DNA from: Clostridiales bacterium | Lineage (GTDB): Bacteria; Bacillota; Clostridia; Christensenellales; QALW01 | Assembly: GCA_015069575.1 (NCBI GenBank) | Contig: SVIH01000001.1 | Coordinates: forward strand, 114,385-178,384 | Reading direction: 5' to 3' | Length of the DNA: 64,000 nucleotides | Notes under the pieces: model-generated | Database searches by the model: none | What the model was told of the DNA's origin: nothing | What the model saw: the letters and a program-made list of their open reading frames with translations, nothing else | Shown here: one piece after another, positions 27,191-37,086 of the stretch | Layout of the letters: each line of letters opens with the position of its first letter | Numbering within the stretch: position 1 is the stretch's first letter | Program-made: the position numbers and the translations under genes

Positions 27191-28021
27191 TTATAATATT
27201 TTATTAATTGCCTGCGCAATAATTTCCGTGCTGTTTTTTGCTTGTTGTAAATCGTTTCTTTCATTACCGATTTCAATTAAAATACATTTGTCTGATAAAT
27301 GTTGATTTAATCTTGCACTTTTTATAAAAATATCTTTTGCTAAATCAGGAAAAATTAAATTTATTTCATTATTAAGTTTTTCTGCAAATAAATAATTTTC
27401 TTTATAGTTTGGTTTTTCTTTATATTTAGTGCCGTTTGCTACTACGAACCTTATAAATGCATATTCTTTATTTAATTTTTTTGCATAATTTTTACCTGTT
27501 TGTTCAGAAAAAGCATCTCTGTGTAAATCAATATAAATATCGTAGTTTTTACCGTGTTTATTAATGTTTTTTAAGCTTGTATCATACGCATAATCAAAAC
27601 CTTCAGAAACATTATCACTTTTATCATGATAAACAATATATCCGTATTTTTCAAGGTGTGTTTTTAATGCTTCACCAACTGCAATAACATTATATTTTTC
27701 GTCAAATGTTCTGCCTGTATCTGTTTCTATATAATTTTTAGTTCCTTTATAATAGGCTTCATCGTTATGAGTATGATATATTAAAATGCTTAAAGGTTTT
27801 TCGGTTGGTTCAGGTGTAATTATAATTTTAGGCGTATATGTATTTAATGTATAATCGTTATCAATTATTGTTGCCTGTTCGCTTTTTCCACCTAAAAAAC
27901 ATAAAATTAAACTAAATAAAAGCATAAATACAACTGTTATAAATACAACTCTGCGCAAAATATATACTTTTCTCTTCTCTTTAAGCCGTAACCTACTTGT
28001 TTTTTCTATTTGTTTGTTCAT
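27191..28021 (-). CDS. spoIIP: Stage II sporulation protein P family (SpoIIP-like amidase/peptidase)
   Basis: N-terminal TM anchor, ILIYHTHNDEAY motif and DLHRDA, characteristic of the SpoIIP family. Confidence 0.6.
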   Translation of the reverse strand: MNKQIEKTSRLRLKEKRKVYILRRVVFITVVFMLLFSLILCFLGGKSEQATIIDNDYTLNTYTPKIIITPEPTEKPLSILIYHTHNDEAYYKGTKNYIETDTGRTFDEKYNVIAVGEALKTHLEKYGYIVYHDKSDNVSEGFDYAYDTSLKNINKHGKNYDIYIDLHRDAFSEQTGKNYAKKLNKEYAFIRFVVANGTKYKEKPNYKENYLFAEKLNNEINLIFPDLAKDIFIKSARLNQHLSDKCILIEIGNERNDLQQAKNSTEIIAQAINKIL

Positions 28022-28030
28022 TTCAATACC

Positions 28031-28119
28031 TTTTTGTAATATTTTTGTAACAATATTATATTTTTTAGTAAAAAAATTGTCAATACAATCAGAACATTTG
28101 TTACAAAATCTTTACAAAA
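28031..28119. promoter_or_regulatory. Four copies of TTTTGTAA/TTACAAAA bracketing the promoter (candidate operator set)
   Basis: tttttgtaa at 28031 and 28042; ttacaaaa at 28101 and 28112. Spacing within each pair is 11 bp, and the two pairs are in inverted orientation. Confidence 0.35.
28055..28083 (-). promoter_or_regulatory. Consensus sigma-A type promoter upstream of spoIIP
   Basis: Minus strand TTGACA, 17 nt, then TATAAT, both hexamers perfect. Confidence 0.55.
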
Positions 28120-28122
28120 TCA

Positions 28123-28150
28123 AAAGACAGCAGATTTTACTGCTGTCTTT
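28123..28150 (-). terminator. Intrinsic terminator of rnhA (overlaps its stop codon)
   Basis: aaagacagcag-atttta-ctgctgtcttt perfect 11-bp stem with a U-rich tail on the minus strand. Confidence 0.5.
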
Positions 28151-28586
28151 CCTTCTTACAATCTTTAATTGCATCAGTTGCTAACTTATCGCAACGGTTA
28201 TTAAACTCGTTATCGGCGTGACCCTTAACCTTTATAAAATTTATTTTATGTTTATTATGGTTATCATACAGAATTTGCCACAAGTCTTTATTTGGTATAT
28301 CGTTTTCACCTTTTTTAAAGTCTTTTTTCTTCCAGCCATATATCCATTTTTCGTTAAATGCATTAACAAGATATGCGCTATCAGAATAAAGATCAACTTC
28401 GCAAGGTTCTTTTAATAAATTAAGTGCTTCGATGGCAGCGGTTAATTCCATACGATTATTAGTAGTTAAATCGCAATAACCACTAATTTCCTTTTTAAAT
28501 TCATTATAAAACAGAATTGCACCCCAGCCGCCAACACCTGGATTGCCTGAACAGGCACCGTCTGTATAAATAGTTACTTTTTTCAT
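28137..28586 (-). CDS. rnhA: Ribonuclease HI
   Basis: IYTDGACSGNPGVGGWGAIL, TNNRMEL, DSAY, KGHADNEFNNRCDKLA (DEDD residues). Confidence 0.92.
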   Translation of the reverse strand: MKKVTIYTDGACSGNPGVGGWGAILFYNEFKKEISGYCDLTTNNRMELTAAIEALNLLKEPCEVDLYSDSAYLVNAFNEKWIYGWKKKDFKKGENDIPNKDLWQILYDNHNKHKINFIKVKGHADNEFNNRCDKLATDAIKDCKKERQQ

Positions 28587-29825
28587 TTAATTTCCTTGTG
28601 CTTTATCGTAAGCCTGCCAAACAGGTTGATATTGATTTTTTATTTTAACGTGTTCTTCATAAGTTTTTGAATATGCAACAGCTCCTGTGTATGGATCAGT
28701 AAGAGTAAAATATAAATATCCACCGTTTAAAATTTCGTTATCCGGATATAAAACTGCTTCAATGGCATCTTTTCCTGGATTACAAATCGGCCCTGCAGGA
28801 ATACCTGTAACAACATATGTATTATACGGCGACTGCGTTTTTAATTGATCCGCTGTTAAAACAAGTTTTTTAATATCTAAAGCATATTGAACGGTAACAT
28901 CAGATTCTAATTTCATACCTTTTTTAATTCTGTTATGAAACACAGCTGATATTTTTTTAAAATCTTCCCCTTTTCCCTCTTTTTCAATTAATGAAGCAAG
29001 AGTAATTACCTGATGCATAGAAAGTTTTAATTCGTCAGCGCGTTCGGTATATTTTACAGTATAAACGCTGTTTAATCTTGATAACAGTTTTTTAATAACA
29101 ACATCATTTGAAGAACCGGCATAAAACTCGTATGTATCAGGAAACAAATATCCTTCAAGATTATATTTCAAATTACCGTTATCATAAAGTGGTTTAACAA
29201 AATAATAATCAGAATAAGCTTTAGCATTTTTACATTCATTTAAGAAGCTATCGACAGAAGAAATTACACCTGCAGATTTTAACTGTTCAGCAAAATCTTC
29301 AACGGTCATACCTTCAACAAGCGTAACGCTTACAACTTTAGCTGAAGTACTTGATTTTGTAATAACATCTAAAATATCCTGAACGCTCATAGTTCTGTCA
29401 AGAACATATTCTCCGTTTTGTATTTTAGAAGAAACGCTTGTGAAATCTGCAAGAAGTTTTATTCCTAATGATGATTTAATTAATTTTGCATCTTCTAACT
29501 TTGTGGCTACATATGACATTGATGCACCTTCATTTATAGTGAATAAAACAGGTGTTTTATCCCTTTTATCATATGAACCAAACAAACTATTAAGCACAAT
29601 AGATATTGCACATGTAAAAATAGTAATAACAAGTAAAAAGCTTATAAGATATATTGACCATGGTCTTAAAATTTGCCATGTTTTTTTAGTATTTTTTCCT
29701 GTTCCTAAAAAATTACCAAACCATAATAACACTTTAGTTTTACTATTTTTTATAAATTCTGCAAAATTATCTTTTATTTGCATGAAATCTATTTTTTTTA
29801 AATTAAATTTGTTTTTTCTTTTCAT
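28587..29825 (-). CDS. mltG: Endolytic murein transglycosylase MltG (YceG-like)
   Basis: N-terminal TM, LysM-like FTINEGASMSYVATKL, and SPYNTYVVTGIPAGPICNPG catalytic region. Confidence 0.85.
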   Translation of the reverse strand: MKRKNKFNLKKIDFMQIKDNFAEFIKNSKTKVLLWFGNFLGTGKNTKKTWQILRPWSIYLISFLLVITIFTCAISIVLNSLFGSYDKRDKTPVLFTINEGASMSYVATKLEDAKLIKSSLGIKLLADFTSVSSKIQNGEYVLDRTMSVQDILDVITKSSTSAKVVSVTLVEGMTVEDFAEQLKSAGVISSVDSFLNECKNAKAYSDYYFVKPLYDNGNLKYNLEGYLFPDTYEFYAGSSNDVVIKKLLSRLNSVYTVKYTERADELKLSMHQVITLASLIEKEGKGEDFKKISAVFHNRIKKGMKLESDVTVQYALDIKKLVLTADQLKTQSPYNTYVVTGIPAGPICNPGKDAIEAVLYPDNEILNGGYLYFTLTDPYTGAVAYSKTYEEHVKIKNQYQPVWQAYDKAQGN

Positions 29826-31492
29826 ATTTCAATAATCATAGGCAAAATCATAGGAGTTCTTTTTGTTTTTGAATAAAGGTAATCCTTTAATTGATGCCTT
29901 ATTTCATTTTTTATATATGACCAATCACGAAGTTTATCAGCACGGATATCTTCAATCAATTCCTGAACTATCTGCTTTAAATCGTGAATAAGTTCTTCGT
30001 TTTCTTTAACATAAATAAAACCGCGTGAAATAATATCGGGTTCTGTTAAAAGCGAACCATCTGAACTTGAAAGTGTTATACACACAACAATTAAACCGTC
30101 TTGTGATAAAACACGCCTATCCCTTAAAACAACGTTTCCTACATCACCGATTCCAAGACCATCTACCATAACAACGCCACTGGGAACATTGCCATTATGT
30201 TTAGCTTCCTTTTTACTGATTTCAAGCACATGACCAAGTTCAGGCATAAAAATATTGTTAGATTTCACACCTACTTTTTCAGCAAGTAACGCGTGTTGCA
30301 TTAAATGACGATATTCGCCATGAACAGGCATAAAATATTTTGGTTTAGTTAACGAAAGAATAAGCTTAAGTTCTTCTTTGCAAGCATGCCCTGAAACATG
30401 AACTGTTTCAAGAGCTTCGTAAATAACCACAACACCTAAACGATATAAATTATTTATAACGCGATATACCATTTTTTCATTTCCGGGAATTGGTGATGCT
30501 GAAATAATAACCATATCGCCTTTTGTTAGTTTTAATCTGGAATGATCTCCTGTAGCCAATCTTGAAAGACCGCTCATAGGTTCACCCTGAGAACCTGTAG
30601 TAATAATAACAACATTTTCTTTGGGCATATTTTCCGCTTTTTCAGGTGTTATTATTGATTTTGGATCAACTATAAGTTCGCCAAGTTCTGCAGCAATTTT
30701 TGAAACATTTTCCATGCTTCTGCCTAAAAAGCAAATTTTTCTTTTATATTTTTCAGCACAATCAACAATCTGTTGAATTCTGTGCACATTACTTGCAAAG
30801 GTAGCAATAATTATTCTTTTATCGCTTCCTTCGTCAAAATATTTTTCAAAACATTCGCCAACCTTACTTTCACTCATTGTAAAGCCTTCACGCTCAGCGT
30901 TTGTACTATCAGACATTAATAATAATACACCTTCTTCGCCCAAACGTGAAAAGGTAGCCAAATCAATAACATCACCATCAACAGGTGTATAATCAACCTT
31001 GAAATCACCTGTATGTATAACAGTTCCAACAGGCGTATGAATAGCCAATGCAACAGCACCTGCAATAGAATGATTTGTTTTAATAAATTCTATTGAAAAA
31101 CAGCCTATATTAAGAGTATCTTTTGGTTGAATACAATTCATTTTTATTTTGTTTGGCATATTGTATTCTTTTAATTTGTTTTGAATAAGTGCTTGTGTTA
31201 ATCTTGTGCAATATATGGGTGCATTAATTTTCTGAAAAACATATGGTATTGCACCAATATGGTCTTCATGACCATGTGTAATAATAAACGCACGGAGTTT
31301 ATCTATATTTTTTTCAAGATATGTTACATCAGGTATAACAAGATCTATACCGTAAAGGTCTTCATTTGGAAACATTGAACCGCAATCTATTACAATTATA
31401 TCATTTCCATATTCAATAGCGGTCATATTTTTTCCGATTTCATCAACGCCGCCAAGTGAAATAATTTTTAATTTATGTTTAAGTTTTGACAC
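29822..31492 (-). CDS. rnj: Ribonuclease J
   Basis: Metallo-beta-lactamase THGHEDHIGAIPY, beta-CASP region, 556 aa. ATGA overlap with mltG. Confidence 0.92.
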   Translation of the reverse strand: MSKLKHKLKIISLGGVDEIGKNMTAIEYGNDIIVIDCGSMFPNEDLYGIDLVIPDVTYLEKNIDKLRAFIITHGHEDHIGAIPYVFQKINAPIYCTRLTQALIQNKLKEYNMPNKIKMNCIQPKDTLNIGCFSIEFIKTNHSIAGAVALAIHTPVGTVIHTGDFKVDYTPVDGDVIDLATFSRLGEEGVLLLMSDSTNAEREGFTMSESKVGECFEKYFDEGSDKRIIIATFASNVHRIQQIVDCAEKYKRKICFLGRSMENVSKIAAELGELIVDPKSIITPEKAENMPKENVVIITTGSQGEPMSGLSRLATGDHSRLKLTKGDMVIISASPIPGNEKMVYRVINNLYRLGVVVIYEALETVHVSGHACKEELKLILSLTKPKYFMPVHGEYRHLMQHALLAEKVGVKSNNIFMPELGHVLEISKKEAKHNGNVPSGVVMVDGLGIGDVGNVVLRDRRVLSQDGLIVVCITLSSSDGSLLTEPDIISRGFIYVKENEELIHDLKQIVQELIEDIRADKLRDWSYIKNEIRHQLKDYLYSKTKRTPMILPMIIEI

Positions 31493-31616
31493 AAACTAAC
31501 CTCCATATTATCATATATCTAAATTATACATCAATAAATATGATTTTGCAAGTAATTATATTTATTTTAAAAGTCGTATTATGTAAAATGCCGATAAAAA
31601 TATATCGGCATATTTA

Positions 31617-33836
31617 TTATATTTCAATATTATTTTCAACAAATTCTTCTAGTATATCAGGGGCGTATTCTTCTCTTGCAAACCTGCCATATGCGGTAAA
31701 AGTATATCCGTTATTTCCTGGCACTATAGTTATAAAACCACCTCTGTAATCTGCAGTAATATGATTATTGGTTTTGTTTTTATTAAGATTAAAAATGGCT
31801 TCTAATGACTTTGTGGGGTTAATATTGAAATCATATCTTGAAATAATACTTGTATCACTATTATCTATATTTTGTTTTTGCAAATAATATAATAACGCCT
31901 CTGCAAAAAAGTGCGGAACATATTCAAGTAAAATTGCAGTATTATTAAAATTATCAACCTGATGCATTGAATTTCCTAAATGTTGTTGAATGTTTATAAT
32001 TTTCATATTACTATTATTAGCTTCATTAATTATTTCTTCAGTAACATAAGGTGGCATAAAAACTTCCTTAGCACCGATTATTTTTGCAATATCCAATTTA
32101 AGTTTCATAAAATTAACGGAACTTATTCGTTGATTATCATAATATATATCTGTTACAGTATTATTTTTTGCAATTACAGCTGCCTTTGACAATCCGCTTA
32201 ACGATTTAAATTCACCATCTTTATTTATAACATTATGAAGTTTTAAACTGTAATTAGAATAAACTTCTATATTTTCCCTTGTAAAAGGAAAGGATGCATT
32301 TAAAAAATATTCAAAATCATTATCAACAGAATTTAATCTGATGATTTTACCTTTGTTTAATGAATAATCAACAAGATTAAAATCTATATTTTTTTCTTTA
32401 ACATATGGTAAATTTAATCCTTTATTATCAATTAAATGAATGTTTAAAAAATCATTATCATCATAAATATACACACCTTGCATTTTATTAACAGAAGAAA
32501 AAAATCTTGAAGAACCAATATATGAGTTAAATATATATACATTTGAACCACATAGAGAATAAAATGATGCTAATAAATTTGCAATCGCTATTCCTGTTTG
32601 TGTTTTGTTTGAAGCCACAAAAACTTTATTATCTTTAAATGAAGAAGCAATTCCCAACAAATGTTCTGTTTTAATCTGATGATTCCATATGCCTTGAATG
32701 ATACCATCTTCAAATAATGCATTTTTAGTAAAATTGCTGTGTTTAATTTCCCCTGAAATAATTGATTCAGGCATAATAGAAACATTATTGAAAACCTTTG
32801 CCCCATTTTTCAATAAAACATTTTTTTTGATGACTACATTTGAACCAATAGTATTTTTACCATTAAATACTGCCTTGTCAATACGGGTGTTTTCACCTAT
32901 CACTTCCCCATCCATTTCGCAATCTGTTATCACGCATTTATTCCATAATACAGAATTTTTAATACTTACATTTTCTAATATTGAATTTTCACCTATCACA
33001 ACATTAGGACCGATGGTTGATTTGCCCGAAATTATACTGTTTTTACCTATATAAACAGGCGGTATAAGTTTTGTGTTTTCAGAAAGTATAACATTTTCTT
33101 CTAATGTATTTTCGTGTTTTTTATCAAACACTTTTCCATTTAAAATATCTATATTTGCGTTAAGATATGCATCGCTATTACCTAAATCACACCAATAGTC
33201 TTCTGTTAAATATCCATATAATTTATAATTTTCTTTTAATAACAAAGGAAATAAATCTTTGCTAAAATCAAACTGCGTATTTTCAGGTATTTTATCAAGT
33301 ACATGTTTTTCGATTAAATATATACCTGTATTTACTTTATTTGAAACAACATTTTCCCATTGTGGTTTTTCAACAAATGATGTAATTTTTCCATCATCAT
33401 CAGTTAAAACAACACCGTATTCTATGGGGTTTTCTTGTTTAGAAAGAACAATAGTAACATCAGCACCTATTGTTTTATGATATTTATATATTTTATTGAT
33501 ATTAATATTTGTTAAAGCATCTCCGCTTAAAACTACAAAAGTATCATTTATAAAATTTTGCGCTAGTTTAACACTACCTGCTGTTCCTAAAGGATTTGTT
33601 TCTTCAAAATATTTAATATTTACATCAAATTTTTTACCGTCATTAAAATGATTTTTTATAAATTGAGGTAAATACATTACTGTTATACCTATATCACTAA
33701 TTCCGTTTTCTTTTAATAAATTAACAGAATACTCCATTAATGGCCTATTTATTACAGGAATCATCGGTTTAGGTAATTCTTGTGTTAACGGCATAAGTCT
33801 TTTGCCTAATCCACCAGCTAAAATAATTGCTTGCAT
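31617..33836 (-). CDS. Sugar-1-phosphate nucleotidyltransferase fused to a left-handed beta-helix and a degenerate phosphohexomutase-like C-terminal region
   Basis: MQAIILAGGLGKRLMPLTQELPKPMIPV NTP-transferase start and hexapeptide-like repeats at about aa 250-360. The C-terminal half resembles PGM/PMM domains, but no TASHNP-type serine loop was recognised. Confidence 0.55.
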   Translation of the reverse strand: MQAIILAGGLGKRLMPLTQELPKPMIPVINRPLMEYSVNLLKENGISDIGITVMYLPQFIKNHFNDGKKFDVNIKYFEETNPLGTAGSVKLAQNFINDTFVVLSGDALTNININKIYKYHKTIGADVTIVLSKQENPIEYGVVLTDDDGKITSFVEKPQWENVVSNKVNTGIYLIEKHVLDKIPENTQFDFSKDLFPLLLKENYKLYGYLTEDYWCDLGNSDAYLNANIDILNGKVFDKKHENTLEENVILSENTKLIPPVYIGKNSIISGKSTIGPNVVIGENSILENVSIKNSVLWNKCVITDCEMDGEVIGENTRIDKAVFNGKNTIGSNVVIKKNVLLKNGAKVFNNVSIMPESIISGEIKHSNFTKNALFEDGIIQGIWNHQIKTEHLLGIASSFKDNKVFVASNKTQTGIAIANLLASFYSLCGSNVYIFNSYIGSSRFFSSVNKMQGVYIYDDNDFLNIHLIDNKGLNLPYVKEKNIDFNLVDYSLNKGKIIRLNSVDNDFEYFLNASFPFTRENIEVYSNYSLKLHNVINKDGEFKSLSGLSKAAVIAKNNTVTDIYYDNQRISSVNFMKLKLDIAKIIGAKEVFMPPYVTEEIINEANNSNMKIINIQQHLGNSMHQVDNFNNTAILLEYVPHFFAEALLYYLQKQNIDNSDTSIISRYDFNINPTKSLEAIFNLNKNKTNNHITADYRGGFITIVPGNNGYTFTAYGRFAREEYAPDILEEFVENNIEI

Positions 33837-33929
33837 TTAAATTCTCCTTTATTTTTTATGCAATTATTTTTAGCAAATATTTTATTTGATATACAAAAAA
33901 AGTGCCAACAAAATGTTAGCACTTTAATT

Positions 33930-35246
33930 TTAAATAATATACTTCTTCAAATCTTTATCAGATGCATTTTCACCTAAATGTTTTTCAATATATTCTTTAT
34001 CAATTATAACATCATGCATTGGAAGTTCATCTGTTGCAATAAATGAAATCTCATCAAGAAGTTTTTCCATAACAGCAGTAAGCCTTCTTGCACCGATGTT
34101 TTCCTTAACTTCGTTTTCAATATAAGCATAGTGTGCAATCATATCAATTGCTTCATCTGTAAATTTAAGGTCAACATTATCAACCTTAAGAAGTGCTTGA
34201 TACTGATGTAATAATGCATTATCAGTTCTGATTAAAATATCTTTTAATTCTTTTTCACCTAATGCATTAAGTTGAACATGCAACGGAAATCTACCCTGTA
34301 ATTCAGGGATAAGATCTGTAATTTTTGATAAATGGAATGCACCTGCTGCTATAAAAAGAATATAATCCGTCTTTATTGGACCATATTTAGTACTTACTGT
34401 ACAACCTTCAACAAGAGGTAAAATATCCCTTTGTACACCCTCACGGCTTACGTCAGGGCCACGACCGGAAGATGCACCTGAAGCAATCTTATCAATTTCA
34501 TCGATAAAAATAATACCGCTTTGTTCTGCTCTTTCAAGGGCTTCCTGTGTTACAGAATCCATATCGATTAACTTATTAAGTTCTTGTTGTGAAATAACTT
34601 TCCTTGCTTCCTTAACAGGCATTTTGCGTTTTTTTGTTTTTTTAGGCATCATACTGCCAAACAAATCGCCTATAACAATTTCCGGTTGACCGGGCATTTC
34701 AACATTCATGCCTTGCGGTTTATCTTCAACTTCTACTTCAATAATTAAATCTTCAATCTTACCTGTATCAAGGTCTTTTTTTATTGCATCACGTCTGACT
34801 TGTAAGTCATCAGATTCCATATCTTTTTTCTTACGCATAGGCAGAAGAATATCGATTAATCTGTTACATGTAATATTATCAAGTTTATCATGTAATTGAT
34901 TGGTTTTTTCTTCTTTGATTAAACGAATAGAAGCTTCAGCAAGATCGCGAATCATTGAATCAACATCTCTACCAACATATCCAACTTCAGTAAATTTTGT
35001 TGCCTCAACCTTAACAAAAGGTGCACCAACAATTTTTGCTATTCTTCGTGCAATTTCTGTTTTACCAACACCTGTAGGACCTGACATAATTATGTTTTTA
35101 GGTGTAATTTCATCTTGCATTTCTTTTGGTAACTTGCTTCTTCTGTATCGATTTCTAAGCGCTATGGCAACTGAACGCTTTGCTTCGTTTTGGCCAATAA
35201 TATAGCGACTTAATTCATCAACAACTTCATTTGGTGAATATTGCAT
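33930..35246 (-). CDS. hslU: ATP-dependent protease ATPase subunit HslU
   Basis: PNEVVDELSRYIIGQNEAKRSVAIALRNRYRR, GPTGVGKTEIARR, IIFIDEIDKI. The ATG at 35246 lies just after the hslV stop, so the track N-extension is rejected. Confidence 0.93.
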   Translation of the reverse strand: MQYSPNEVVDELSRYIIGQNEAKRSVAIALRNRYRRSKLPKEMQDEITPKNIIMSGPTGVGKTEIARRIAKIVGAPFVKVEATKFTEVGYVGRDVDSMIRDLAEASIRLIKEEKTNQLHDKLDNITCNRLIDILLPMRKKKDMESDDLQVRRDAIKKDLDTGKIEDLIIEVEVEDKPQGMNVEMPGQPEIVIGDLFGSMMPKKTKKRKMPVKEARKVISQQELNKLIDMDSVTQEALERAEQSGIIFIDEIDKIASGASSGRGPDVSREGVQRDILPLVEGCTVSTKYGPIKTDYILFIAAGAFHLSKITDLIPELQGRFPLHVQLNALGEKELKDILIRTDNALLHQYQALLKVDNVDLKFTDEAIDMIAHYAYIENEVKENIGARRLTAVMEKLLDEISFIATDELPMHDVIIDKEYIEKHLGENASDKDLKKYII

Positions 35247-35248
35247 AA

Positions 35249-35782
35249 TTAAACCTCCAAAACAGTAATATGATCGTTTGTATATACGCATATTTCACCT
35301 GCAATTTTAAGTGCTTTATATGCTATATCTTTAGGTTCAAGATCAGTATTTTGTGATAATGCTCTTGCAGCAGCAAGCGCATAATTTCCACCACTGCCAA
35401 TTGCAACAATTCCATCGTCAGGTTCAATAATTTCGCCTGTTCCTGATAAAACAAGAGTAGAATTTTTATCTGCAGCAATAAGCATTGCTTCTAATTTACT
35501 TAAAGCACGATCTCTGCGCCACATTTTAACAAGTTCAACACTTGCACGATATAAATTACCTGAATGTTCCTGTAATTTTGCTTCAAAAAGATCACAAAGA
35601 GTAAACGCATCAGAAACAGAGCCTGCAAAACCAACAGAAACTGTATCATTAAATAATTTACGAACTTTTACAGCAGTGGCTTTCATTACAACAGATTCAC
35701 CCATTGTAACCTGTCCATCTCCTGCCAAAGCACACTTGCCGTTTTTTCGTACACACACAATTGTTGTACCTCTGAATTCCAT
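35249..35782 (-). CDS. hslV: ATP-dependent protease subunit HslV
   Basis: N-terminal [11 protein letters not shown] (catalytic Thr), [20 protein letters not shown]. Confidence 0.93.
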   Translation of the reverse strand: MEFRGTTIVCVRKNGKCALAGDGQVTMGESVVMKATAVKVRKLFNDTVSVGFAGSVSDAFTLCDLFEAKLQEHSGNLYRASVELVKMWRRDRALSKLEAMLIAADKNSTLVLSGTGEIIEPDDGIVAIGSGGNYALAAARALSQNTDLEPKDIAYKALKIAGEICVYTNDHITVLEV

Positions 35783-35784
35783 AT

Positions 35785-37086
35785 TTAAATTAGCTCCTTT
35801 AAATCCTTGATTTTATTTAATGCTCTTTGTGCAATATATGCATAACGAGCCTGTTTTCCGCCTTTAATTTTATTTTCAGGCGGAGAAATAATACCAAAAT
35901 TAACATTCATAGGTTGAAAATCTCTGCCGCTGCCTGAAGATACATAATGACCAAGAGCACCAATTGCTGTTTCACTTGTAAAATCAATTATTTCTTCATT
36001 ATTTAATCGTTGAAACATTGAAATAGCTGCAATAAATCCCGATGCAGTGGATTCAATATATCCTTCAACACCTGTAATCTGACCTGCAAACGCAATTAAA
36101 TTATTATTTTTTAATGCAAATGTATGATCCAATAATTTAGGAGAACAAATAAATGTATTCTTATGCATTACACCATAGCGAACAATTTCACAATTTTCTA
36201 ATCCGGGAATCATTGAAAAAATACGTTTTTGTTCGCCAAACTTAAGATGAGTTTGAAAACCAACTATATTATAAAGTGTATCCATTGCATCATCACGCCT
36301 TAATTGAACGCATGCATAAGGTGTTTTTTGCGTTTTTGGATCAATTATACCAACAGGTTTACAAGGGCCAAATGCAAGTGTTTGAACGCCCCTGGAAGCC
36401 ATTACTTCAATTGGCATACAACCTTCAAAAACTTGTCCTTCAAAATCATGTACAGGCGCTACCTCAGCATTTAATAATTCATGCACAAAGTTTTCGTACT
36501 GTTCCTGCGTCATGGGACAATTTATATAATCACTATCTCCCCTATCATATCTGCTTGCACAAAACGCAATATCCATATTAATAGAATCTTTTGTAACTAT
36601 AGGCGCTGCAGCATCAAAAAAGTGTAAATAATCTTCACCTGTAAGTTGTTTTATGTTTTTAATAAGTTCTTCACTGCATAATGGTCCTGCAGCGATTATA
36701 ACAGGAATATCTTTAGGTATTTCAATTACTTCTTCATTAATAAAATTGAGATTTTCAAAAGAAAAAAGAATCTCTTTTACTTTTTTAGAAAATAAGTCTC
36801 TGTCAACTGCTAAAGCACCACCGGCAGGAACTTTACATAAATCTGCTGCTTTCATTATAACAGAATCAAGTTCCCTTAACTCTTCTTTTAGTAATCCGGC
36901 AGCATTTTCTATTCTATCAGACCTTAATGAATTAGAACAAACAAGTTCAGCAAATCCACCGCCATGATGTGCAGGTGTTAATTTTTTAGGACGCATTTCA
37001 TATAGATCAACACAAACACCGCGTTTAAGTAGCTGATATGCTGCTTCGCAACCTGCAAGACCAGCGCCAATAACTGCAACTTTCAT
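35785..37086 (-). CDS. trmFO: Methylenetetrahydrofolate--tRNA-(uracil-5-)-methyltransferase TrmFO
   Basis: [18 protein letters not shown] motif, [25 protein letters not shown]. Confidence 0.92.
   Translation of the reverse strand: MKVAVIGAGLAGCEAAYQLLKRGVCVDLYEMRPKKLTPAHHGGGFAELVCSNSLRSDRIENAAGLLKEELRELDSVIMKAADLCKVPAGGALAVDRDLFSKKVKEILFSFENLNFINEEVIEIPKDIPVIIAAGPLCSEELIKNIKQLTGEDYLHFFDAAAPIVTKDSINMDIAFCASRYDRGDSDYINCPMTQEQYENFVHELLNAEVAPVHDFEGQVFEGCMPIEVMASRGVQTLAFGPCKPVGIIDPKTQKTPYACVQLRRDDAMDTLYNIVGFQTHLKFGEQKRIFSMIPGLENCEIVRYGVMHKNTFICSPKLLDHTFALKNNNLIAFAGQITGVEGYIESTASGFIAAISMFQRLNNEEIIDFTSETAIGALGHYVSSGSGRDFQPMNVNFGIISPPENKIKGGKQARYAYIAQRALNKIKDLKELI

Noticed and set aside
35247-35291. 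N-terminal extensions proposed by the track for hslU, and likewise for ackA (54467..54562), patatin (56440..56610), the ABC gene (10522..10617), arsR (1741..1800) and galT (15259..15273)
   Set aside because: In each case an internal ATG is preceded by a good Shine-Dalgarno sequence. That ATG coincides with the conserved family N-terminus or with the stop of the upstream gene.
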